A DNA stretch of 32,000 nt from Candidatus Iainarchaeum sp. (GCA_028713935.1 JAQTNI010000010.1:1171-33170), one strand, 5' to 3'. Shown: positions 24,531 through 32,000, counted from the first letter of the stretch. Program-made: numbers and translations. The notes: generated from the sequence alone by a model not told the origin.

Positions 24531-25223
24531 TTAAAATTTGAATTTCTTTTTTTCGCCGGGTTTCATTACGACTACTTTTGTTTTTAAGACGCTTTGCTCT
24601 ATTTTTTGCTGGAATTCTTTCGGGTCCTGCTGGATCATTTTGAAAGTATTGTAATGCATTGGCACTGCAAAGCTTGGCTTCATTGTTTTTACTGCGCGGA
24701 TAGCGTCAACGCAATCCATTGTCATTTCACCGCCAATCGGCAAAAGAGCAATGTCAGGCTTTATGCCTGAAAAATCATCAAGCAGGTCAGTATCGCCTGC
24801 ATGGTAAACGCTTGTGCCGTTCTGCTTCACCAAAAAGCCCAGAGGGTAAAAACTGTTCGGGTGATGCGCAGGAGTTGCTGTAATGCTTGTGTCTCTCAGC
24901 ATAATTGTCTGATTCATTGCAATGGGATGCCCCAAATGCTTTGGAAGATTGAGCTCTCCAAGGATATCGTCGTGTGCAACAACGCAGGCGTTCTGCTTCA
25001 CTGCAATTTCCTGTATGAGTTTCTTGTCAAAATGGTCAAAATGCTCGTGCGTTACGAGAATAAGCGAAGTTTTCTTAAAGTCTTTTTTTGTTGCGGCACA
25101 GCCAACAAGCCTTTTGAAACTCGGGTCCTTGCAGTCGGAATTGATATAAGGGTCAATCAGGACATCGCCCTTGGGAAATCCTATTTTGAAAAAAGAATGA
25201 CCGAAATATTGGATTTCAACCAT
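24531..25223 (-). CDS. Metal-dependent hydrolase, UPF0173-type metallo-beta-lactamase fold
   Basis: MVEIQYFGHSFFKIGFPKGDVLIDPYI ... LILVTHEHFDHFD (HxHxDH) ... VYHAGDT ... AVPMHYNTF. Confidence 0.8.
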   Translation of the reverse strand: MVEIQYFGHSFFKIGFPKGDVLIDPYINSDCKDPSFKRLVGCAATKKDFKKTSLILVTHEHFDHFDKKLIQEIAVKQNACVVAHDDILGELNLPKHLGHPIAMNQTIMLRDTSITATPAHHPNSFYPLGFLVKQNGTSVYHAGDTDLLDDFSGIKPDIALLPIGGEMTMDCVDAIRAVKTMKPSFAVPMHYNTFKMIQQDPKEFQQKIEQSVLKTKVVVMKPGEKKKFKF

Positions 25224-25403
25224 GGGCTCACTAAAGATACTTCTGCGAAAGACAATTTAAAAAGAGGTAAGTCAATTTTGCTTTCAGAAGGCTGCATTCA
25301 AAAAAAAAGCGAAAACTGCCCCCAAAGAAAAAAAAGCAGTTGCGAACATAAAAAAAAGGTTTATTAAATAAATTCGCATTATTAATTACATTATCAGCTG
25401 AAT

Positions 25404-26219
25404 TTGATTGGTGGAAAATTGAAAAAAAAATTTGTTTTTGCATTTTTGATTGCAATTCTTTTTTTTGTGTGCCCTGCGGGCGCCCAGTATTATACAATAA
25501 GCTCGCACAGCATAGACATTTCCATTGATGAAGATGGTTTTGCCCTGATAAGCGAAAAATTTTACCTGCAATTCCCCAACGAATTCCAATTGCAGGATTT
25601 CCTGAAAAAAAATGCGCAGATAGGGATAAGCCTTGACAGTTGGAAAACATTTGACAGCAGGATACACACTTATGTTGGAAAAGAATCAGAACTCAACAGG
25701 GCAGAAGTGAATTTTGTTGACAGCACCAGTGGAAAATACCTTGAAATAAAGTATTCCCTGAACACGCCAATTGCGGATAAAAAAGCTGAAACCAGCAGGC
25801 TCATTGAATTTTCACTGCAGAACAAGGCATTTGACCAGTTTTTACAGGGCGGAGTCCTGATAATGCCGGAAAACACAACAATAACAGTAAAACTGCCGAA
25901 TTTTGCAGAAATACAAAGCCCTGTAAAACCGGAAGGAACAATAAGCGCAAACCAGGTTACCTGGCAGGGCTACAAAAGCACAAATGTACTTGAACTTAAT
26001 TATGTCCTTGTAAAGCAGATTGCAAGCATAAGCCTGCTTGACAGTGCAAATGCGCTTGTAAAAAGCCCATTGTTTATCCTGTTTGTTGCGGCAATAGCGG
26101 CAATAATAATAGTGGCTGCAATAAAAAGAAAAAAAATTTCTGAAAAAATAGAAAACTTTTTGGTTGAAAACTCAGAGCTTGGCGGAAAAGAAGAAATAGA
26201 ACAGCAAGAAGAAGAATAA
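25404..26219 (+). CDS. Secreted protein, C-terminally membrane-anchored, unknown function
   Basis: Signal-peptide-like N-terminus (KKKFVFAFLIAILFFVCPAGAQ), C-terminal TM helix (LFILFVAAIAAIIIVAAI) followed by KRKK, and an acidic tail. TTG start. Confidence 0.55.
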   Translation: MIGGKLKKKFVFAFLIAILFFVCPAGAQYYTISSHSIDISIDEDGFALISEKFYLQFPNEFQLQDFLKKNAQIGISLDSWKTFDSRIHTYVGKESELNRAEVNFVDSTSGKYLEIKYSLNTPIADKKAETSRLIEFSLQNKAFDQFLQGGVLIMPENTTITVKLPNFAEIQSPVKPEGTISANQVTWQGYKSTNVLELNYVLVKQIASISLLDSANALVKSPLFILFVAAIAAIIIVAAIKRKKISEKIENFLVENSELGGKEEIEQQEEE

Positions 26220-26280
26220 AGATATTAACTAATTCCAGTTAACCAATATGTTTAAATAGGTTTTTTGGCCTGCTTATTTA

Positions 26281-26625
26281 ATGCTTTTTGAATTCTTTAG
26301 CCACCTGATTAGCCTTGACCTGGCATGGATTATAGGCCTTATTATGGGCAATCTGCTCTGGCTTTTTTTGCTTGCCGCCTATGTTTTCATTACACACGAA
26401 GGAAAAAAAGTGTTCTGGGGCTTTATTTTTCTTGTAGGCTCAATCTGGATTGTGCTGGATATCTTCGGAGTGTGGCGCTTTGAAATGTCCCCTATCTGGT
26501 TGTTCCTTGTTTTCGCAATCGCACTTGATTTTTTTATTGCAAACACTAACTGGGAAAAGCACAAGCTGACCTTTCTTTTGGTGTTTTTCTTTGGAACCTC
26601 AATTCTCCTGGGAGTGTTAGGGTGA
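26281..26625 (+). CDS. Small integral membrane protein
   Basis: 114 aa with 4 hydrophobic helices. Its stop overlaps the next ORF's start (GTGA). Confidence 0.45.
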   Translation: MLFEFFSHLISLDLAWIIGLIMGNLLWLFLLAAYVFITHEGKKVFWGFIFLVGSIWIVLDIFGVWRFEMSPIWLFLVFAIALDFFIANTNWEKHKLTFLLVFFFGTSILLGVLG

Positions 26626-26810
26626 AAAAAATGGAAGAAGAGAAAAAAACAGAAGGCCAGAGAATATTGAAGGCACTGGAAAATTCAATAATAATAACTG
26701 TGTTCCTTGTGCTGGCTGGCTGGCTTTTTGGATTGGGATTTTATTTTGGAGAAATGGTTTCAACAATGGGCTTTGCGCTTATTTTCCTGTTTTTGTATGG
26801 CACAAGGTAA
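26622..26810 (+). CDS. Small membrane protein
   Basis: 62 aa (ATG at 26631). Charged N-terminus, then two hydrophobic helices. Coupled to the upstream ORF. Confidence 0.4.
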   Translation: MKKMEEEKKTEGQRILKALENSIIITVFLVLAGWLFGLGFYFGEMVSTMGFALIFLFLYGTR

Positions 26811-26817
26811 AAAAAGG

Positions 26818-27318
26818 CTATCTGGTTTTTTTCAGGGCAGAATCGCAGATGTCGCAGCGCTTTTCTTCTGTTGTGTTTGGGAATTCTTTGGCGCAGTTTG
26901 AGCAGACTGTCCTGAAAGAAATTGTTTTTGAAATTTTTCCCTGGATTATCGGTTCAAAGGGAATTTCCAATAACAGGCAAAAATTTTGTATGCTATAATC
27001 ATCAGTAACCACTGTGAATGCTTCCGGCATTTCCCTGAATTCCACTGCAAGCGCAATGATTGAAAGGTCTGCGCTGCTCAGCCTCTGAAAGCCGCTTTGC
27101 ATTGTTTTTCTTGCAACCCAGCCGACTGTTTCGGGTTTTGGGTCAAAAACAGAAATCAATTGCCTTTGCAGGGCTGATTCCAAGAGGCTTTTGCTTCTCA
27201 AATCCTTTATTTCCCAGACTATTTCAGAGGTTGTTGCATAAGCAAACTCTTCCTTGAAGGAAAAATTGAAGTCATTCAGGACAGCGGAACTGTCCAATAA
27301 GAGAACTTTTTTTGGCAT
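26818..27318 (-). CDS. nob1: Nob1-like PIN-domain endonuclease with a C-terminal zinc ribbon
   Basis: From ATG 27318: MPKKVLLLDSSAVLNDF (PIN acidic start) ... VVTDDYSIQNFCLLLEIPFEP ... CSNCAKEF....CDICDSAL (Zn ribbon). The 134 codons upstream in the track ORF (to 27720) look like antisense/low-complexity read-through. Confidence 0.75.
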   Translation of the reverse strand: MPKKVLLLDSSAVLNDFNFSFKEEFAYATTSEIVWEIKDLRSKSLLESALQRQLISVFDPKPETVGWVARKTMQSGFQRLSSADLSIIALAVEFREMPEAFTVVTDDYSIQNFCLLLEIPFEPIIQGKISKTISFRTVCSNCAKEFPNTTEEKRCDICDSALKKTR

Positions 27319-27370
27319 AAAAAAACACTTTTTTGATACAACAAAAGAGAAATACTGCTTATTACAAGTC

Positions 27371-27434
27371 CAGGATTTCTTTCTTTTTGGCAACCTACAT
27401 TTTTCTTTCTTTTGCAAAGAAAGAAAAAGGCGGG
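27371..27434. repeat. Intergenic structured element, copy B (compact triplex-capable form)
   Basis: Layout: CAGGA; Y1 TTTCTTTCTTTTT (27376-27388); 11-nt linker; Y2 TTTTTCTTTCTTT (27400-27412); loop TGC; R AAAGAAAGAAAAA (27416-27428); GGCGGG. Y2 is the exact reverse complement of R. Y1 is the exact mirror of Y2. Confidence 0.65.
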
Positions 27435-27502
27435 TATTAAATAATTCTTTGCTTAAATAGTTAATTAAATATTGGTGTTTAGTGCAGTGTAAGTGATGTT
27501 TC

Positions 27503-28960
27503 ATGGATTTGAAGGCAATCGCGGCATCGCTCAGCGAAATTGAAAAAAAAGCCCTGAAGGCAATCGGCTCTGAAGAGAGTTTTTCCTTTGAGGAAATTGC
27601 AGGCAAAAGCGGGCTGCAGATTGATTCTGTCAGGAGGGCAATGGGCTGGCTTGCGGAAAAAAAGCTTGTTGAAATAAGCGAGGAAAAAAAATTTGAAAAA
27701 AGGCTCACTGAAAAAGGCAAAATTTACCTTGAAAAAGGCATGCCTGAAGAGGTTTTTTTGGATTGCCTTGAAAAAATTGGCGGAACAAGCGATTTTGAAG
27801 AATTGCAGAAAAAAACCTTTTTGCCAAAAGAAGAATTTGGGTTTGCGCTTGGCTTTAACAGGAAAAAAAATTTTGTAGTAATTTTGAAAGGCGAAAAGCC
27901 GCGCATACAATTGACTGGGCTTTCAAAGGAACTCCCCCCTGAAAGCGGAAAAGAACTTTTGGAAAAAATCGAGGAAAAAAAACTTCTTGAAAGGGAAAAA
28001 TTTTTGGAATTAAGGGAAAGGGGAATTGTTGAAGAAATTGAAAAAACAGCGAGAAAAGCAAGAATCAATGAACAGGGAAAAAAAGCGCTTGAAGCAATTG
28101 GCAGTGCAAAGGAACGCGCTTATAATATCCAGGGCGCTGTCCCGGAAATTTTTATTGGAAAAAAACAGCCTTATGTGAGGTTTCTGCAGGGCATAAGGAG
28201 AAAGCTCACTGAACTCGGCTTTGTTGAAATGGATTCCCCTGCCATAGTGCAGGAATTTTATAATTTTGATGTCTTGTTTCAGCCCCAGAACCATCCCGCA
28301 AGGCAATGGGCCGACACTTACCAGTTAAAACAGCCAAAATTTGGCGCGCTTCCCCCTGAAAAAATTGTTGAAAAAATAAAGGCTGCACATGAAAATGGTG
28401 CTGGCACAGGAAGCAGGGGCTGGCAGTACAAATGGGACATTGAAATCGCAAAAAAGCTCATGCCTGCAGCGCATGCCACTGCGCATTCAGCAAGGCAGCT
28501 TGTGAAAGGCGTTAAAGTTCCCGGAAAATATTTTTCAATTTCGCGCTGTTACAGGCCGGACATTGTCGATGCAAAGCACCTTATTGAATTCAACCAGATG
28601 GATGGAATAATTATTGACGAACAAATGAATTTCAGGAAATTACTGGGAATGTTAAGGCAATTTGCAGTTGAATTTGCAGGAACAGAAAAAATAAAATTTG
28701 TTCCAAGCTATTACCCTTTCACAGAGCCAAGCTGCCAGTTGAATGTAAAGCACCCGGAGCTCGGATGGATAGAGCTTGGAGGAAGCGGAATTTTTCGGCC
28801 TGAATTAACCTTGCCTTTAGGAATAAAACAGCCAGTGCTTGCCTGGGGCCTTGGAATTGACAGGCTTGCAATGGTAAAGCTTGGCATAAAAGACATAAGG
28901 CAATTGTTTTCAGACGATTTAAACTGGCTGAGAAAACAACCAATGGCGGCGATTGAATGA
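27503..28960 (+). CDS. pheS: Phenylalanine--tRNA ligase alpha subunit (archaeal type)
   Basis: 485 aa. N-terminal winged-helix repeats, then the class II core: FQPQNHPARQWADTY ... HATAHSARQL ... YFSISRCYRPD ... FNQMDGIII ... SYYPFTEPS ... GSGIFRPE ... WGLGIDRLAM. Confidence 0.92.
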   Translation: MDLKAIAASLSEIEKKALKAIGSEESFSFEEIAGKSGLQIDSVRRAMGWLAEKKLVEISEEKKFEKRLTEKGKIYLEKGMPEEVFLDCLEKIGGTSDFEELQKKTFLPKEEFGFALGFNRKKNFVVILKGEKPRIQLTGLSKELPPESGKELLEKIEEKKLLEREKFLELRERGIVEEIEKTARKARINEQGKKALEAIGSAKERAYNIQGAVPEIFIGKKQPYVRFLQGIRRKLTELGFVEMDSPAIVQEFYNFDVLFQPQNHPARQWADTYQLKQPKFGALPPEKIVEKIKAAHENGAGTGSRGWQYKWDIEIAKKLMPAAHATAHSARQLVKGVKVPGKYFSISRCYRPDIVDAKHLIEFNQMDGIIIDEQMNFRKLLGMLRQFAVEFAGTEKIKFVPSYYPFTEPSCQLNVKHPELGWIELGGSGIFRPELTLPLGIKQPVLAWGLGIDRLAMVKLGIKDIRQLFSDDLNWLRKQPMAAIE

Positions 28961-29514
28961 GTCCAAAACGTTACCGCCCTCCTCGAATATTACGCATGAG
29001 TGATGCTATCAATGCATTAACAAGTAAAGGGCTAAATACTTCTGACGCTGACATGGTGGTGCGCAAACTTCACACACGACATATTGGCCCCCAACGAGCA
29101 CTCCTATTTCTCATGCAACACGCGACACCAGAAGAGCTAAGAAAAATCGCACAACAAGGCCAGACAATGGGAAAACAGCGAACTCCGATCACACAGCCAC
29201 ACCAAAGCCTTGCAAATTTTGTGCTTCACATGGCACTGGGCAAAATTTCCCAATTGCACGCAAGCCAATCCGGGGCTGGAAAGTTCTACAAATCGCTTCA
29301 AGAAGGAATTGCAAGCAAATTAGGTTTTGTGGACATCACGCCGCTTGTCACAGACAGACTCAGACCCAGGCATAATCCTGCATTGTTTCAAACATTTATC
29401 CGCTTGGAGCGAGAACTCCTTCTGCACGAAAAAACAGGCAGGTTATTGACGCCTGAAGGAATAACCGCGCAAGAAAGATTTTGGAAATTTGTTCAACAGA
29501 GTATAAAAGAGTGA
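28957..29514 (+). CDS. Hypothetical protein P6, inserted between pheS and pheT
   Basis: Its ATG overlaps the pheS TGA (ATGA at 28957-28960). 185 aa and a paralog of P7: shared M.PK..RP start, KGL....D.D, P.RAL....PEELR, ALGKI, DI.P, and a C-terminal TPE....E.F helix. Arg codons are mostly CGN (10 of 16 by my count), against AGR-dominated neighbours. Confidence 0.55.
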   Translation: MSPKRYRPPRILRMSDAINALTSKGLNTSDADMVVRKLHTRHIGPQRALLFLMQHATPEELRKIAQQGQTMGKQRTPITQPHQSLANFVLHMALGKISQLHASQSGAGKFYKSLQEGIASKLGFVDITPLVTDRLRPRHNPALFQTFIRLERELLLHEKTGRLLTPEGITAQERFWKFVQQSIKE

Positions 29515-29587
29515 AAAAAAAGCTTTCTTTAGAAATAAGCAAAAAAGGTTTGGAAATGCTTGCAAGAAAAAAAGCAAGGGTGATACT

Positions 29588-30121
29588 GTGAGGCCAAAAA
29601 TCAGGCCACTGGTTCAGGCAAGAGAAAGCGCAGTGGCTCTTTACAGAATGGAAAAGGTTATGCAAAAAACAGGTTTGCAGCAAAGAGACTTTGATTTTTT
29701 GCTGCAGGCTTTAAGGCCTGAAAACCCTGGGCAAACAAGGGCATTAAACGGAATTCTTGCAAGCCTGCCAGCTGAACAATTAAGGGGGCTTGCAGCAAAA
29801 TTGCGCGCAGGGCAAACAACCAGGAACCAGATATTGCCAAGGAAATCTTCTGAACACGCTTTGGGAAAAATCCGGAGTCTGGCTCCGGGCACATTTGGAA
29901 AAGAACTTTTAACATTAAAAACCAGATACAAAATGGGTTACAGGGACATAATCCCTGAAGCTGTGCGCAGGGCAAGCCATGTATATCTTTCGCGGGGAGA
30001 ACGCGCGGATTTTGACAGGGCAAGCAGGGTTTTGATAGAAATGGAAAGACAGGGAAAAAAAGGGACTCCTGAATTCAGGGAAACTGAAAAAATTTTTCGC
30101 AGGATAGTAAAACATTTATAG
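29588..30121 (+). CDS. Hypothetical protein P7, tandem paralog of P6
   Basis: GTG start preceded by GGGTGA (29578-29583). 177 aa. The stop TAG 30119-30121 lies 9 nt before the pheT ATG, inside an AGGTGA Shine-Dalgarno-like motif. Confidence 0.55.
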   Translation: MRPKIRPLVQARESAVALYRMEKVMQKTGLQQRDFDFLLQALRPENPGQTRALNGILASLPAEQLRGLAAKLRAGQTTRNQILPRKSSEHALGKIRSLAPGTFGKELLTLKTRYKMGYRDIIPEAVRRASHVYLSRGERADFDRASRVLIEMERQGKKGTPEFRETEKIFRRIVKHL

Positions 30122-30130
30122 GTGAAAAAA

Positions 30131-31774
30131 ATGCCTTCTCTTGAAATCAGCAAAAAAGATTTGGAATCCCTTGCAAAAACAAAATTTGCCTCAAAGGAAA
30201 AGCTTGAAGAGGCATTGGAGTTTGCAAAATGCGAGCTTGATGCAATTGAAGGCGACAAGCTTGCCATTGGAGTGAGCGATACAAACAGGCCTGATTTGTT
30301 AAGCGCAGAAGGCATTGCAAGGGAAATAAGAAGCCATTATTCAAAAGAAAAAGGAGTGCCAAAATACAAAATAACAAATTCCAGTGTTTCGCTTATTGTT
30401 GACAAAAACATTGAAAAAATCCGGCCCTGCATTGCAGCCGCAATAGTGAAAAAAGTGAATGTAACAGAAGAATTTTTGGCGCAAATGATTCAATTGCAGG
30501 AAAAGGTTTGCCTGACTTTTGGAAGAAAAAGAAAAGAAGCAGCAATCGGCCTATATGATTGGTCAAAGCTGAAAGCGCCAATGCATTACAAGGCATTCAG
30601 GCCAAAAGAGCTGAAATTTATTCCGCTTGATTACAAGGCAGAAATGGACCTGGAAGAAATTTTGCTTGAGCACCCAAAGGGAAAAGAATACGCGCATCTC
30701 CTCAAAGGATTCGAAAAATATCCCATTGTAATTGACAACGAGGGAAAAGTCGCTTCAATGCCGCCGGTTATTAATTCACAGGCAACAGGCAAGGTTTCTG
30801 AAACAACAAAAGAGCTTCTTGTGGAAGTGACAGGCCATAAACAGGAAACAGTGAACACTGCGCTGAATGTAATGGTTTCAGCGCTTGCAGAAAGAGGCTT
30901 TGATATTTATAATGTGAAAATAAAATATCCGGGCAAAAGCATTGTTACTCCGGATTTTTTGCCAAAAAAAATTGATGTAAAAATTGAAAGCATAAAAAGG
31001 CTTTCAGGATTAAGCCCCAGTGAAAAGCAGATTATTGAATTGTTTGGAAAAGCGCGTTACAATGCAAGGAAAAAAAAAGGCTTTTTTTCCTGCGAATACC
31101 CTGCTTACAGGCAGGATGTTTTGCATGAAGTTGACGCAATTGAAGACCTGCTGATAAGCATTGGATATAACAAAATAACGCCTTTGCCTGTTGAACTTGC
31201 TTGCGTTGGCGCAGAAAGCAGGGAAACAAAAATCATGGATTCTGCAAGGGAAATTTGCACAGGGCTGGGCTTGCAGGAAGCACTGACTTTTACAATGACA
31301 AGCAAGGGAAAACAACTGCAAAAAATTTTCCTTTCCGAAAAAAGCCTTGTTGAAATTGCAAACCCTGTTTCGGCTAACTATGAAATTTTCAGGCAAAGAA
31401 TCCTGCCAGAGCTTCTTGATTTTTTCGGGAAAAACAAGAACTGCGAATATCCGCAAAAAATTTTTGAAATTGGAAAATGCTTTGAAACAAATGAAGGGCT
31501 TGAAACAAAAACAAGGGAACCGATAAAACTGTGCATTGCAATAAGCGGAAAAGAAGCCGAATTCACTTTAATCAAATCAATTTTGGATGCTTTTTGCAAA
31601 AACATGGGCCTTGAATATGAATTGCGCGAATCCGAACTGGCTTTTTTGGAAAAAGGAAAACAAGGAGAAATTCTTATTGGAAACAAAAAAGGATTTATAG
31701 GCGAAATCAATAGAAAGGTACTGCAGAATTTTGGATTGGAAATGCCGACAGCCGCATTGGAAATTGAATTGTGA
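30131..31774 (+). CDS. pheT: Phenylalanine--tRNA ligase beta subunit (archaeal type)
   Basis: From ATG 30131 (the track gives GTG 30122): MPSLEISKKDLESL... About 547 aa, the archaeal PheT length, with B3/4 and B5-like regions and the C-terminal catalytic-like domain (YPAYRQDVLHEVDAIEDLLISIGYN, IANPVSANYEIFRQRILPELL). Confidence 0.9.
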   Translation: MPSLEISKKDLESLAKTKFASKEKLEEALEFAKCELDAIEGDKLAIGVSDTNRPDLLSAEGIAREIRSHYSKEKGVPKYKITNSSVSLIVDKNIEKIRPCIAAAIVKKVNVTEEFLAQMIQLQEKVCLTFGRKRKEAAIGLYDWSKLKAPMHYKAFRPKELKFIPLDYKAEMDLEEILLEHPKGKEYAHLLKGFEKYPIVIDNEGKVASMPPVINSQATGKVSETTKELLVEVTGHKQETVNTALNVMVSALAERGFDIYNVKIKYPGKSIVTPDFLPKKIDVKIESIKRLSGLSPSEKQIIELFGKARYNARKKKGFFSCEYPAYRQDVLHEVDAIEDLLISIGYNKITPLPVELACVGAESRETKIMDSAREICTGLGLQEALTFTMTSKGKQLQKIFLSEKSLVEIANPVSANYEIFRQRILPELLDFFGKNKNCEYPQKIFEIGKCFETNEGLETKTREPIKLCIAISGKEAEFTLIKSILDAFCKNMGLEYELRESELAFLEKGKQGEILIGNKKGFIGEINRKVLQNFGLEMPTAALEIEL

Positions 31775-31783
31775 GGAAAAATC

Positions 31784-31951
31784 ATGAGACTTCCGAAAGA
31801 CAAAAGGGCTGTTCTAACTGCCATGTTCCAAAAAGGAAAGACTGCAAAATGGACTGACAAGAGAATAGCTACTTGTAGAGTAGTCAGACATTTGTCCGTT
31901 TTGTTAGCCGAACATTTGTCCGCTTTTGAATACATAATTGCTTCTTGTTAA
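31784..31951 (+). CDS. Possible small ORF (55 aa) coupled downstream of pheT
   Basis: ATG 31784 lies 6 nt after GAGGA. Sequence: MRLPKDKRAVLTAMFQKGKTAKWTDKRIATCRVVRHLSVLLAEHLSAFEYIIASC. It is below the track's length cutoff and contains an 11-nt direct DNA repeat. No family recognised. Confidence 0.3.
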   Translation: MRLPKDKRAVLTAMFQKGKTAKWTDKRIATCRVVRHLSVLLAEHLSAFEYIIASC

Positions 31952-32000
31952 AATACTTTTTGTTGAAGTAAACGCTGGCTGGCGTTTGCCAGCCGAGCGG

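Noticed and set aside
27319-27720. N-terminal 134 codons of track ORF 26818..27720
   Set aside because: Low-complexity Ser/Phe/Leu text overlapping the pheS 5' region and the intergenic repeat. The PIN domain begins cleanly at ATG 27318 (MPKKVLLLDSS), so the extension is treated as read-through of non-coding sequence.
28957-29514. Elevated CpG content as evidence that P6 is foreign
   Set aside because: Counting CpG in the first 150 nt or so of P6 against pheS gave similar numbers (about 8 versus 7). Only the Arg codon choice (CGN versus AGR) differs, so the CpG argument was dropped.
1-32000. CRISPR arrays, rRNA genes, complete tRNAs, transposases/IS elements, and a reverse transcriptase or DGR template/variable repeat pair
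   Set aside because: I saw no regularly spaced direct repeats, no rRNA-like conserved blocks, no complete cloverleaf candidate and no ORF with transposase, integrase or RT motifs. This was visual scanning only, so short or degenerate elements could have been missed.
31982-32000. Start of a class II tRNA (GCCGAGCGG, D-arm-like) at the right edge
   Set aside because: The positions that should be U8 and the G1 acceptor start do not fit, and a 9-mer match is expected by chance at roughly this window size. It is kept only as a note within the edge finding.

Overview
Gene-dense, low-GC window that is clearly archaeal. It carries two PCNA paralogs, RpoL/Rpo11, exosome Csl4, a Nob1-like PIN nuclease, a Sec11-type signal peptidase, membrane-type LonB, archaeal PheRS alpha and beta, DUF373 and DUF99. 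A small-genome DPANN-like lineage is my inference only. I found no rRNA, complete tRNA, CRISPR array, transposase or reverse transcriptase.

The main finding is a fractured LonB protease gene. The N-half ends in an N-intein (18906..19922, minus strand) and the C-half starts with a C-intein (15510..16928/16967, minus strand). Between them lie a free-standing double-motif LAGLIDADG homing endonuclease gene and an opposite-strand multi-TM ORF. All three minus-strand pieces share one reading frame.

Other notable items:
- A repeated intergenic element whose arms form a perfect 13-triplet pyrimidine/purine/pyrimidine triplex design.
- Two tandem paralogous unknown genes wedged into the pheS-pheT pair with an ATGA start/stop overlap. 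They appear to belong to a dispersed family of basic hypothetical proteins, all on the + strand.
- A tightly overlapped cassette of a nucleoside 2-deoxyribosyltransferase-like gene, a small HTH-like ORF, DUF4258 and DUF2283.
- A HicAB module.
- A B12-binding radical SAM gene whose 3' end continues in frame across two TAA codons.
- A large S8 subtilase, open to the window edge, that the supplied ORF track misses.

All family assignments come from motifs read by eye. No database search was run.
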